From Selaginella moellendorffii (lineage: Eukaryota; Plantae; Lycopodiophyta), in contig NW_003314293.1 in the NCBI RefSeq assembly GCF_000143415.4, positions 186,001 through 250,000 of the forward strand: a stretch of DNA of 64,000 nt, written 5' to 3'. A program made the position numbers and the translations under genes. The notes under the pieces were generated by a model. That model was not told the origin of the DNA. It made no database searches and saw nothing but the letters and a program-made list of their open reading frames with translations. This document shows, piece after piece, positions 11,852 to 24,693 of this stretch (position 1 is its first letter; each line of letters starts with the position of its first letter).

Positions 11852-13102
11852 CACACCAAGCTCGAGTGCCTGGAACGAGCGAAAGATTAGATCCTTGAAC
11901 AGAGTCGATAGAACACACACAAGGCAAGCGCCAGAAACAAAAAAAATATCCTCGCAGGACTCTCACAAATCAGTAAAAAGAATCCTTTCAGACTAAGATC
12001 GATGAAAAGAAAGAACGAGATTAAATCCGTCGATAGAACACACACACACACACACACAAAAGGAAAGCACTTCGATATAAAAAAGAAATTCCTCACAGAT
12101 CACAAACTGGTGAAAAGAATCCTTCGCGTCGGACTGAGATCGATCGATCAAATCCGCGAGAGAATCGCACGGGCAAAACATCCGAAGGGCAAAGAAGCAA
12201 GAATTTCCCTTGCGGTGATCGGGCCCGCAGCATCATGATAGCAATGGAAGAAAAGCGCTTACCGGTATAATATCGGGGATGGAAATGCGAGCTCCACCAT
12301 GGAAAGCGGAGGAACAGCCGCTCCTCCTGTTGGTCCTCCTGCGGCCTCCACATCTTCGCTTTCTCCTGTATCACAAGATCGCAAGTAAACGCCCATCGAT
12401 CAAGGTCAAGAGCAAGAGCGCACAGGAGAATCGATTGACCGACTGGCGCCACATCGCGAGACGACTCTCGGCCAAAATTTCACGTGAGAACAGCCACCAG
12501 CATTGGAAGAAATCGATCGAGCATGGAAGAACCCTAAGAAAATCCGCTCTTACACTAGTTTGTCACGTGTCACTATAGGGACCGTCCGATCTAACGACTT
12601 TAGAATATGCGCGTAATGAGTACTTCTTGCCACCATGCTGATGCTTTTTTCCATGGTTCAGAAATTTGAGATCTACTTGCTCGTTTATAGACTCGGATTT
12701 GGGAGGCAGCCAAAGGAATCTAGTGAGCTGCAAGTTAGAAGGTTAAGGGATGCCATGCCATGGGTTTCGGGGGAGAATGTGAACTCCAAGCGTTGAGTGA
12801 GGAGGATTACTATTAGATAGTTGAACCCTATGACACTAGAAATTGCCCAACAAATGCTGGGCGGTTGAGAAAGTGAAATCCCCCACAATTGGCCCTCTTC
12901 TCTCCTCCTCTCACACCCAAATTCACTGTTATAAATCTCACCTTTGAGTGGACTTTCCACATTACAGCTAAGTATTAACACTAGCGTCTGCCAAGAATGG
13001 ATTGAACAGTATTTCTATGCATCCGTTCTTGTCTTTTGAGGTGCACCTTTGCACTAATTTAATTCTTTGATCTCTCCAAAGTCAACATGGACATATCATT
13101 GC

Positions 13103-13293
13103 ACTGACCCACCCACACCTCCATTGAAATCAAGCAAGGATCATAACCATCTAGAAATATTCAAGTTAGGTGGAGAAATGCAATTCTTTTACTGAGGCCC
13201 ACCCATGCCTCCATTGAAATCAAGCAAGGATCACTAGTAGCCATCTTGAAATATTTAAGTTAGGTGGAGAAATGCATTCTCTTACTGAAGCCC
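13103..13293. repeat. Tandem duplication, two ~90-bp units
   Basis: actga..cccaccca..cctccattgaaatcaagcaaggatca...ttaggtggagaaatgca occurs twice in tandem. Confidence 0.85.
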
Positions 13294-13490
13294 TTGCCCT
13301 AGTGTTCTAGAGCCAAAAAACTTATGCTGAGCATAAAACAATTTTAGTCACCACATCAACACAAGCATTGACAGCAACTTTGACACTTAGAGCTTGCAAT
13401 GTAAGGTAAATTGCCTTATGCAATGCTCATCCATGAGTAAGGGGAAAATGTAACATATACAGGCCTTTAAATAACCATGCCTACCAATTT

Positions 13491-13600
13491 TAACTCCCCC
13501 TCAAGTTATTTATAGCCTAAGGTTGGTTGCTTGTTGAGAAGCTGTGGCTCCAGCTTTTGTAAGATATTTGTTGTTATTTCTTTGGACCTCCTATGCATTC
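13491..13600 (-). mobile_element. Decayed Ty1/Copia 3' end (RNase H tail and polypurine tract)
   Basis: Minus strand reads ...TNILTKA (cf. Copia ADxxTKAL), followed by TTGAGGGGGAG, the typical Copia PPT; the putative LTR would lie to the left. Confidence 0.45.
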
Positions 13601-15769
13601 CCCTTCTCTTGTCAATCTCAAAAAAAGTAAATCCAACAATAACATAGTAATAACTCATGATAACTAATATTAATCTTGCCAACTCAAATGTACCCTAATG
13701 TGCCTCACTCAGAAGTCTAAGAAAAAGCTCATACAAATGGTACATTAATAAACCCAAGCAAAAGCTGATATAACATGGTATAAAATGGTATGCACCAAAA
13801 TCCATTATATTGTGGTAATAAAGTATATATAGATGACTTGATCATCACAATCACAAAACAAATTCTAAAATCAGGTTTTAGTTTTACTTAAGATTTAAAA
13901 TATCACTTAGGAAAATTGACATATTGCCTTGATCTGTGATAGACACAATAACAAAATCACATTTTACCAAGTTGATATTGCATCACACACCATATGTTTA
14001 TCACATCATATGGTAGTAAACTCATAAAGTGGAATTCTATGCTCTACCCACCTAGAAATTTTTCCTTGCTCCTCCCTCCCGCCTCTACCTTTGCTCCTTG
14101 TAATAGTTACATCCTTTAACATACCACATAAACATTAATTTTTATTTTTGTCCATGTTAATGGATTAGGGTGCCATTTTAATTTACCCTTGGTAATTCTT
14201 CCTTAACAATCATCACTTATGCTATAAGGATTGTAATAAAATACTTGACTTTGGTAGAGCTATTCTTTATAGAGAGGGAGGATCATTCCAATTTCAAGAA
14301 GGCTAAGATCCTATATTTCAAGTACAAAATTTAGATCTAGATTTACAACTATGTTTATCTTTGGAACAAAAAAAGAAACAAAAGTTAATTATAAAAAGAC
14401 ATATAACTTAGTGACTCATTTGTAATTATAGAACCTCAATTTAATTGTTATCTAGAATATTAATTTTCAATCATATCATCTAGAATGACATTTTATTGTA
14501 GAGACATTCATCAAATGCTTAAGAAAAGCTTTGCATCCTTCTTTGTCTCTACAATAAACTCATTGCTAAAGTAGAATAGTTTCCCTAATGGGATATTACT
14601 CTCATAATTATTAATCTATTTTCACTTCTTCACAAGTTCATCTCATTGCAACTCACATTGATTTAATATGCAATGAAATCCTTATAAATATAAGATCGTA
14701 AAGGTGCATTGCCATTTTTTTTGTTCTTTCATAATTTTTTTATGACCATTACCTTCTAGATCCTTCTCCCTTTCCATTCACTTTATATATTAGAATTATG
14801 TTCTCATTAGTAAACCATTTTCCTTGCCATTTGTTATTCAAAGTTAATTTATTTAAAGAAAATAAGTTTAGATAAATAAAAATTATATTTATTATACTTT
14901 TGAAATTTTTATAACTTTATCAAGACAGCCAACAATGAAAGATTTATTACTCTATTAAGATAGTCAACATTGATAATAAAGCTATGAAAAAGGAAATTTC
15001 AATTCCCCCTCTCTAAATCCTTGTTGCAAATTGTATTTAAAATGAAGTAGGAAAACAATAAAAAAAAATTAGCTCAAGGAATTGAAGTTAGCTTGCATTG
15101 TAAGAATGTTTGGAATAAATCCAATCATTAAATTGAATGCTACTAATTAATTGGGCTAAAAGCTATTATAAAAATTTGATAAACAAAAGTGAAAAGGGTA
15201 TGTTTTTAGATCAAGGTTGCATTTATTATACATCCTATGCTAGCACCAAAAAGAAGAACTCTTCTCTATAATTATTAAAAAAACAAAACTCTAGAACTAT
15301 ATAATTACATACTTACTTGAGTTTGAGCTATTGATGAACTAAAAAATTAAGATTGTGAATGAGGTGTGAGAGTGAAAAATTCTTAATTTCTTATAAACTT
15401 CCTCTCTAAATCACTCTAAAAATTCCCTTTAAAGCACTTCAAGAACTCTACTCATACAAAAGCAATATTATAGTAAGGGATGATGTGACAATTTAGTCAC
15501 ATGACATTATTTTATTTATTAGTTTTGCTAAGTTTTAGCTCTAGAAGAAATTCATAAGGGAAAGACACTAAGTTCCCTCTATTTTAGGTGTTATATCAAC
15601 CATAAAAACATGGAATATAAAATTTAATTTTCTCCTCCTTAGAAAATTTCTTCTTATAGTGGAATATAAAACACTACACTTAAAGAAATAATTCTTGTGT
15701 AGTGAAGGGGAGAGAAAGATGATGTATTTCTAAAATTCAATTGGAAAATTCATGTATTTATGTTGATGA

Positions 15770-16096
15770 AGAGGTAAATGTTTTATCTTGTGTATCGTCC
15801 CAAGCAAAACAAAAGAAGAAAGCTTAAGCAAAATGGAGTTATGTTTAAACTTAAGCATCTAAAGAAGAAAAGTCTAACTTAAGCTATATTTATTATAGAT
15901 AAGTGTGAAATAGTTAGGAAGGATTATAAAATCATGTAGTATATGAGTAATACTTAGATATGCTAAAAAATAACCCCCACTCACTATTGTATACATTTGT
16001 ATTGAATTAACCATTTTTTTTCTTACTTATGACTATTTGTGCAAAGTAGAGTTGAGAGAGTAACATATGTTTATCTTTACTCATACCTTTGAGATT
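15770..16096. repeat. ~325-bp dispersed repeat; second copy at 18706-18952 plus 23804-23886, split by the Gypsy insertion
   Basis: gaggtaaatg..ttatcttgt.tatc...caaaagaagaaagctt...aacccccactcac...gaattaac aligns with 18706-18952; ttttctt.cttatga.t.tttgtgcaaagta.agttga aligns with 23804-23886. Confidence 0.8.
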
Positions 16097-17711
16097 TGAT
16101 GATGAGCTCAATGATTGCAAAAGCCTTAAGTCCAGACAACACTAAAAAAATGAGCTTTTTTTGCGGTTGCAATAGTTTAATGCCTATACAACATAAGAAA
16201 AATAGTTTTTCAACTATCACAAAAGTTATAGAGCATGGGACGAGCTTAAAATTGGAGTTTGGCATACATTACCAAAAACTCAAGTTCAAATTGTTTCACT
16301 AGCAATTTCTTGAGAAAAATCCAAAAGAAGAAAAAATAAAGTTTGTTTAATGTGGAAAACATAATTAACTACTTTAAAATTCTTTTCTTCTAAGCAAGTT
16401 CTCACTTGGGTTTTTAAAGGACACATTTTTTAGCAGTGTGTTACAATTTTTTTAGACATACACAAGCAAAACAATTGGGCATTTATAACTCTTGTCTTCA
16501 ACTTTAACTTAAAGAGAGCTAGAGCTAGAGCTAGCTTTAGTGAAAAATAAATTGGAGAATTATTTACTTAAATCTTATAAAGCTTTTATAGAAGTATAAT
16601 CATAATTAGAATATTGTGATGTTTTAAGGCTTTGATCCAAAGTTCTTTAGCTTGAAAAAGTACTCAAATACAATTTAAGAGTAGACTTTTCCTAAGTTTA
16701 AGTCTCCTACACATATTGTAAGAGTTTATGAAACTTAAATAAGACTCACAAGTTGAAAATTTAAAAATAGTTATCATGAACCATTTTTACTGTTTAAACT
16801 GTTTTAATCATTTGACCTATTTTACACCTAATACACCTGGGTGAATTAATTAAAGTTAAAAAATTTGTCATACAAGCATGAGTAGAGACTTCTATTGACC
16901 ATTAGAGCCTATTGGTGAAGAGGCTAGAGAGAAATTTGCCTTGAAAAACAATTTTTTTTCTATATCTAAAGGAAAGTCTTCCATGAATTAGCTATCATAT
17001 GTTTGAAAAGCTACCTAATGTCATTCCATGAGCAAATTGATTTAGAATAGATTATCATATATTAGATAATTTGACTCTTATGTTGATTCCATAGGGCAAT
17101 TTTACAGAATGGTCTCCACACTTTGTTCAAATTAGTCCGTAGTGTTGATCAAGTTTGCCTAAAATTTGTTATGAGTAATAAGCCACTCTTTCTAATTCCA
17201 CAGTTGTAAAAATAAAGTTGGCTATAAGCTAAAAGGTAAGATCCACTGTGAAGCAGACAAGGTACTATAGAATTGGTTATTACATGCCAAAGACCTTGTA
17301 CTAAATTAATCTTAACCACACTAAATATGGGTACAAAAAGAAAGTCCTTCTATACATCTAGGTGGAAAGATTGAGGATTGATAACCCTCCACTTTCTTGA
17401 TAAAACTTGAATGGGGGAATTAGGGTAAACAAAATAAGAATATTTACTAATGATTGACTATATTTATTAGAATATACATTTTTCTTATAGACTTAGATGG
17501 AAGTTAGTTGATCCCCACTTTGTGTGACTAGGCAAAAGTATAAAAAAGCAAAAACTAAATTATCTTGTGTGCCTAACTAAGCTAGCAAATGATAGATTTA
17601 ATAAAATTGCTTAAACTTCTTAATGAATTATCGAGTAAAATACTTCACAATATTCTACTCAAGGTATACCAAAGTCTAACTCCTAGTACCTTTACTTTTG
17701 TCAAAAAAGAT

Positions 17712-18107
17712 GTGAACTAACACCTCCATTTCTGTATTGAATTTAATAATCCTTCCATTGTGTAGACTAGTTATTCCCACGGTGGATACCTTCATCTATG
17801 GATGCTCCACCAAAAGGATGGATGCTCAATATGTATGATTTCAAATTTTAGGAGTAGGAATATACCTTGCTTAAGGGTATATTATATTTTTAAATAACCA
17901 CTAACCAATGGGAATTGAATCTATGCCATTTGCTCCGATACTACATATAGCACACTTTATCTTTCTCCCCTTAAACCACCTGAAAAAAAGGCAATTGCTT
18001 GATGAGAGAGCCCTTAGTAGTTACTTTATTCCCATTTATCCCCCAAAGTTCCAAGGATCCATGGTGACAGTATATCCAAATTTCATCCCATGATCACATA
18101 TGTTATA
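17712..18107 (-). mobile_element. Partial TRIM (non-autonomous miniature LTR retrotransposon), same family as 46714-47507
   Basis: Colinear with ~47010-47507, including the internal region, a degenerate PBS and the ~160-bp LTR. Confidence 0.75.
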
Positions 18108-18952
18108 GTGGAGTTACCTATACAAAAAGAAAACAGTACTAGGATTCTTCTTAGACAAAGAGATAGTCTACATATCCAAGCTAAATGCAAATCCTAAGTA
18201 TTATAACCTATAAAGGATTTATAAAATTCAGTTTACTAAACAATTGCTAAAATTTTATGCAATCTTAGGCAAAGAAGCTATTGTGGGAACTTTGATGGTT
18301 CACAATAAAGTTTGGATACTTATAAGTAGAAATACACTTGTTAACTTAATAAACATTGGATCAATCCCAAATTTGGATTGATAGGCTACAAAAGAGGTTT
18401 TAGGTGAATCGGAGAAGTATGGATTTAGTCTTCTTAAGTCCACCTACATATCCAATAGTGACACACTCTCAACTGATCAATTTAGCAACATGAGGCAGCC
18501 ACAATAGTAGTAGATGCCGTAATAACACTATAAAGTTAAGGCTAGATGCGCCTTTGCTCACAAAACCATGAATCAGCCGAGCGAGCCAGCAGTCCGAAGC
18601 ATTGAGTTTATCATTATGAAGACTAAGTTCAACAACTTGGAGCAAGATTTGGAGAATCCAACTACCTGAGGATAGGTAGTAGTTTTGTCGTGGGGGAGTG
18701 ATGGAGAGGTAAATGATTTATCTTGTATATCATTTTAGGTAGAGCAAAAGAAGAAAGCTTGTCAAAATGAAATTATGCTTAAGTTTAACCATCCAAAAAA
18801 GAAAAGCTCGAGTTAAGTAGTGTTTGTCATAGACAAGTATGAAACAATTAAGACTGGTTATAAAATCATGTAATATATAAATAACACTTATATGTGCTAA
18901 AAAACAACCCCCACTCACCATTATATGCATTTGCATTGAATTAACTATTTTT

Positions 18953-21900
18953 TGTTATGATCTAGCACAACAAAAATAAATATTTAGTCTCCCTTTTATA
19001 CTCCTTACCACCCAACCAACCCTGAGCTACCTCAAAAGTTCTATTATACCACCACTCCACTATGAGCTCTAGGGTAGGTTAAGTCCTTTACACTAACATG
19101 CCTTAATATACCTTTGAGCCTCCCTTTGACCAATGTTGACCACATGGTCAAAGATGGCACTTAACAATTCTTCCCCTTTAATAAAATCCTTGTTCTATGG
19201 ATGAGTTGTATTGGTGATCACCCTTTTTAAGGAATTCTACTGAAGCTCTTGGTCCATCTTCCACAGCCATATACATCAAGGAGACATTGGGCCTGTCACT
19301 CCAAGATAGTATACCTTTTAACTAGCTGACATAAAATACTAGATGAATTTTTACCCCAGTTGGCAGCCGCATTTGATAAGCCGCTTTACTAATGCGCTCC
19401 ATCACTTAATATGAACCAGCATATTAATAGGAAAGTTTGTCACTCTTCCCTGTCCGTAAAGGCACCAAGGTGTTCTATTACTTACTTGACGGAAAGATCA
19501 CTCAGATGAAGATGAGATCACCCATCTTATATTCCTGGAATTGGTGATGGTTATTAGCAAACTTCTCCATTCTATCCTAAGCTGCCTACAAACTCCATTT
19601 GCACACCACTAGAATTTCATCAAGTTTTATAGCTAGATCAATTGCCTCTGAATCAAGCTTATCTTGAACATCCTTATTCAAATGCAATCCCAACTCCACC
19701 GCTGTTTGCGGATGCTTTCCAAATATGGCAAAGTAAAGATTTAGCTTGGTTCCACTGTATTAGCTATTGTTGTAAGTAAATTGCATTAATGGAAGATATA
19801 AATCCCATTATCCTTGCCTTTGACCAATGCTACAATATAGCATATCCTCCATTATTTAATTCACATGCTCGGTTTGCTCATTTATTTGAGGATGATCTCC
19901 ATTCAAGAGTTTCAAAATCACTTATATAGCCTTTGCAGGGAAGAAGATGTATGAGTTGATTAAGTGCAATTTTTATTGGTGGAATATAAAGGCTGATATC
20001 CTTGAGTATTGAAAATCATGTGAGTTTTGTCAGTGAATAAATGTGTCGTAGGAGAAGCCAAGGGGACTTTTGGAACCTTTACCTATTTGTTAGAGTTATT
20101 GGTGTAGTATCTCTATGGACTTCATCACTTGTTTACCACAAACACAGAGGCAAAAGGAGTAAGTATGGGTTATAGTGGATTAGTTGACTAAGTATGTATG
20201 GTTGTTGGCTTTTCGAAAGACTATCACTGCCTTAGACTTTACTGTGGTCTACTTGGAGAAGGTTTTTCTTGATTTTGGTTTGCCGGAGGACATCATTAGT
20301 GATCAAGATTCAAAGTTCACAAATGGATTTTGGAAGAGCTTCCCAAAATGACCAGCCTCTTGATGATTATGATAGTGGAATAAAACTTGAATAATTAATG
20401 CATCCACCCATAGCAAATATACATGGCCATTGTAATAAAGAATCCCATCCACTAATGAGAAAGGTGCTTCCATCTGGTCTCACAAAGAGACCACCTCAAC
20501 ATCCTGAGGTTGAGCACGTGCAACCAATTGCTCAAACTCATTGACCACCTTACTCAAATGACGACAAAACTATGTTTGTAATGTCGTCATATGATAAACA
20601 TGAGATAAAGTATCTGCCACCACATTCAATTTTCCCAAACAATACTCAATAGGAAACCCTCTAAACTCTATGAGTTTGACCATCTAACGAGCTTGCCTAG
20701 TGTTTAGCTCTTTCTATGTGAAAAGATACACAAGTGGTTTGTGATTTGTTAACACCACGAATAGTGCACCATAAAGATAGTGCCGCTATGTCTGCAAAAC
20801 ATGAACAATAGAGAGTAACTTCTTTTTATATGTGGAATAACATTGTTCTATAGGATTCAAAGTTCGACTCTCATATGCAATAGGCTGTCCCTCTTGCATG
20901 AGAACTCCTCCCAGTGCATAACCACTCGCATCACATATCACTTCGTAAAGTTTTGATGGATTAGCAATATCAAGTATTGGAGCCTCACTCAACAATTGTT
21001 TCAACGCCACAAAACTCTCCTCTTGTGGCTTCTTCCACTCGAATGGCATGTTCTCGCGCAACAACCATGTCAAAGGAATAGCCATCTTCGCAAACTTATG
21101 CTGGAAACGTTAGTAGTAACCTACGATACCAAGAGAGTTGTGTAACTTAGCCACTAAAGTTGGTGTAGGAAAATTTTCCACCATTGCTACCTTCCTTAGA
21201 TCCATCTTGACACCATTAGATGTCACAATATAGCCTAGATATTCCTCTTTTAACTTTGTAAATTCATATTTACTCTTCTTCGCATAAAGTTTTATGTCAC
21301 GTAGTAACAAAAGAATGTTATGCAAATGCACACTATGATCCTCCATATTCTTGCTAAAAACAAAAATATCGTCCAAGAAAATCTCCACAAACTCATGAAG
21401 ATAACACCCAAATACCTCCATTATCAACCGAGTAAATGTGGCTAATGCATCTGTCAAACCAAATAGCATAACTGTAAACTCAAAATGCCCGAAGCTTGTG
21501 TTGAATGCTGTCTTGGAGATAGATGCATCATTCATTGCAATCTGATGATATCCACTCCTCAAAGCAATCTTGGTAAACATTCATGCTTCTCTAAGTTTGT
21601 CTAAGATATCATCCACACGCAGCATCAGCATCTTATCCTTCACTGTCTTCTTGTTCAAGACACGGTAATCAATACACATTTGCATTGAACCATCCTTTTT
21701 TTTTCAAAAGCAAGACTGGAGCATCAAATGAAGACTTATTTGGCTAAATAAATCCAAACTCAAGTAACTCCTTGACTTGTTATTGAACTTCTTGCTCTTC
21801 CGCATAACTTAACCAAAATGGACATCAGTAAATTGGCCGTGTCCCTAGCTCCAACGTAATTCTATGCTCCACACCTCATAATGGAGGCAATTCATGAGGA

Positions 21901-23803
21901 AGTTTAGATGGAAAAACATCAAAAAACTCATTGAGTACATCCCATATTGCTATTTTTCCCCCACACATACTTTGGTCCCCCAAATCACAAAAAAACAGTA
22001 AGTAATTCAAATGTGGATAAGCCCCTTCAAAGATGTAACGAAGAGTATAACAATTAAAGGTTGAACTCCCTCTCCAAACCACACATCTTTAATGCTATTG
22101 TACTCTAGTGAAACACACTTAATATTCCACTTTATCTCTGGATCCACTTTCACTAGCTATGGCATCCCAAGAATGAGATTTACATGATGGATATCTGTGA
22201 GATAAAAAATCTTCATAAGTGTGGTTTTGCCAACCAACACTTCCATCCTTTTTACAAAAGCATCGAAATGCTGAGCAAAGGTAATTGCACTTTCCATTGT
22301 ATATAGAAGAACACCTCGTGTGACCAGGCCATACTCCACAATAAACTTTGCTGAAACAAAGTTATCATCACTCCCACTATCTAGTAAAATCTACACTAGA
22401 CTGCCACAGAACACACCCTCTAGCATTAAAGTTGATTCACAAGTGTCCTTAAACTTCATTTTGTTCTACATATAGTTGAGTTAATGAGCAATGATTCAAA
22501 GCCTTTTCTTCCGATTGAAATGGTCATTCCCATCATCCTCATGTTGTAGAGTTTGCAACTTTTCAGTATTTAACTTACTATTAGTAGAAGATTGGCCATT
22601 ATTTTTGCCTTGCTACTTGTTCTTCAACTGTAAACAATTAGCTTTGTAGTGTTTGAGCTCGCTGCAATGATGACAACTTTATTTATAATTCTTCACAAAG
22701 AACTTTTACTTTTTTGACACCTTTGCATCCAAAGTAGTCACCATAGACTTTAACTTATGGTGGTTGTTCCCATCCTTGTGTCCATAGCAATCATTATGAC
22801 GATTCTCGACAAAAGAACTCCTCAAACACTTGTGAGATTTATGCTTGTCATTATCAAGTCAATGAGCTATATCAAAGAGCTCCTCCAAATTCTTTGTAGG
22901 CTGAGAATGACAGAAGTGTTGGTGCATGCTCTCACTATGAAGGCTATCAATGAAGTAGGACTTGTTCTTATCTGGATCCTTTGTTAGAACATGACTAATT
23001 AAGCAAGTAAGCTTCTCAATATAGTCCTCGAGCATCATTTTGCTTTGCTGAAAATGTCGAAGTTCTATACAAGCATTTTCCATATTGTAGTGAGGGGCAA
23101 AACATAAATGGAAAGCAGCCTCAAACTCATCCATGGTAGACATTAGTGGTGTTTTATCTGCAACACAAGACTCTTCAAGCCAATTCCACCACCGAAAATC
23201 CACATCATGCAAAACAATTGGAATAGCCACTAAACCCTCTACATTCGGAGTTCCCTTAATAGCCAAGAACTTCTTCACATTGGCTAGCTAAGTGAGACAC
23301 TTGTCTACACCACCATCACTAAAAAAGGTTGGAATCTTAAGTTGATCTACCAAGGAAGGCTTATTTGGAGCATTACCATGTTCAGCTTCAAGTGCCTCAA
23401 CATGCTCACACATGGTATTTATCATGCCATGCATCTCATCTTACATTTCTTGCTGATTTCAATTAAGGGTTCATAGTTCATGAACAACATCTTGAATAGT
23501 TCAAACCTCTGTAGCTTCATTGGCACCATCATCAGCACCACCATTGACAATAAAATTCCAACGTTCAACTTGGTTGGCCATCGCAACCAACTCCTCTAAT
23601 ACCAATGTTATGATCCGGTGTAAAAAAATATTTAATCTCCCTCTTGAGATTCCTCACCCCAAGCTACCTCAAAAGTTTTATTGTGCCACCACTCCATTAA
23701 GAGCTCTAGGGTAGGTTAAGTCCCTTACCCTAATATGCCTTAATATACCTTGGAGCCTCCTTTTGACTAAAGTTGACCACATAGTCAAAGTTGGCATTTA
23801 ACA
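18953..23803 (-). mobile_element. Ty3/Gypsy LTR retrotransposon, full-length but decayed (element G1)
   Basis: LTRs 18953-19166 and 23606-23803 (TGTTA...TAACA); PBS TGGTATTAGAG (tRNA-iMet type); PPT AAGGGGAAGAA; TSD ttttt/tcttt. Internal order: gag, CHHCSELKHYKANC knuckle, protease LLDSGS, RT (LRSGYHQI, FLDDI), RNase H (CDASGYALGGVL), integrase. Confidence 0.92.
19260..23500 (-). pseudogene. Gypsy gag-pol pseudogene of G1 (stops, frameshifts, internal inversion at 19938-20344)
   Basis: ORF fragments 22859-23278, 21876-22339, 21110-21580 and 20786-21085 carry the gag, protease-adjacent, RT and RNase H segments. Confidence 0.88.
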
Positions 23804-24039
23804 TCTTTTCTCTTGCTTATGATTGTTTGTGCAAAGTATAGTTGAAAGAGTGACATATATTTATCCTTACTCATATTTTTGGGATTCAAGGCTGAGTTCC
23901 TTTATATTATTTTCTCATTCTTCTTTTTCTCTCCTTCTATGTTTTTGTCTTTGTTTGTTTGTCACTATTTTGCAGGCAGGGGCAAGAAAGTGAGTATAGG
24001 CAAAAAAAACATTACTCATGGGTATATCAAGAAGGTCAA

Positions 24040-24600
24040 AGATAGTTATTGCCATGTCAACTATAAGTAAATTTATGAGTAACCACTTATAGAAAGTTTA
24101 TAATTATATGGTAAGCACAAAAACAATTTATATAATATATGCTACTTCAATGGGAGGTAATATTATACCTTTTATTGATTCTGACTTTGTTGGTAATCAT
24201 GATGATAAAGATTTAGAATAAGTTGGTGCTTTGGAGGAGGTATAAGTTAGAGAAGTAAAAAGTAAATGATAATATGTTATAAATATGATTATGGGTATCA
24301 AAAGTTATTTGTAAAAGAGTCTTTTTGAATATTCTCTTTTTACTACTACAATGCCAAGAAATTGATATTGGTGAATCATGGTAGTAGGAAATTAATATTA
24401 GTTTCTCAACTAACTTGGGTGAAGGTTGATAAAGTGTTGAGTAGTCATCATATATGTACTTGATCAAAAGAGCATAAAAAAAAATTCTATTAATTAAATA
24501 TACTTGATTTAATTAGAAAAACTCATTTGCTAGATTGCATTTGCTACTGTTGGGAACCGTAGTGATATTGAATATAATAGCTTAGTATATTTACTAATTA
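24040..24600 (+). mobile_element. Highly decayed Ty1/Copia RT-RNase H remnant
   Basis: Degenerate matches to Copia motifs: AMSTISKFMSNH (cf. AVSxLSxFMxxP), IDSDFVGNHDDK (cf. SDADWAGDxDDR), and weak KHI- and ADIFTK-like tails. Confidence 0.4.
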
Positions 24601-24693
24601 TTCTTGCTCTCTATACATTAATCACATTAACTATTTATGAAAAGTGTTTAAATCTGCTAGTTAAACATATCTTTAGAATGTAGAGATTGTATT

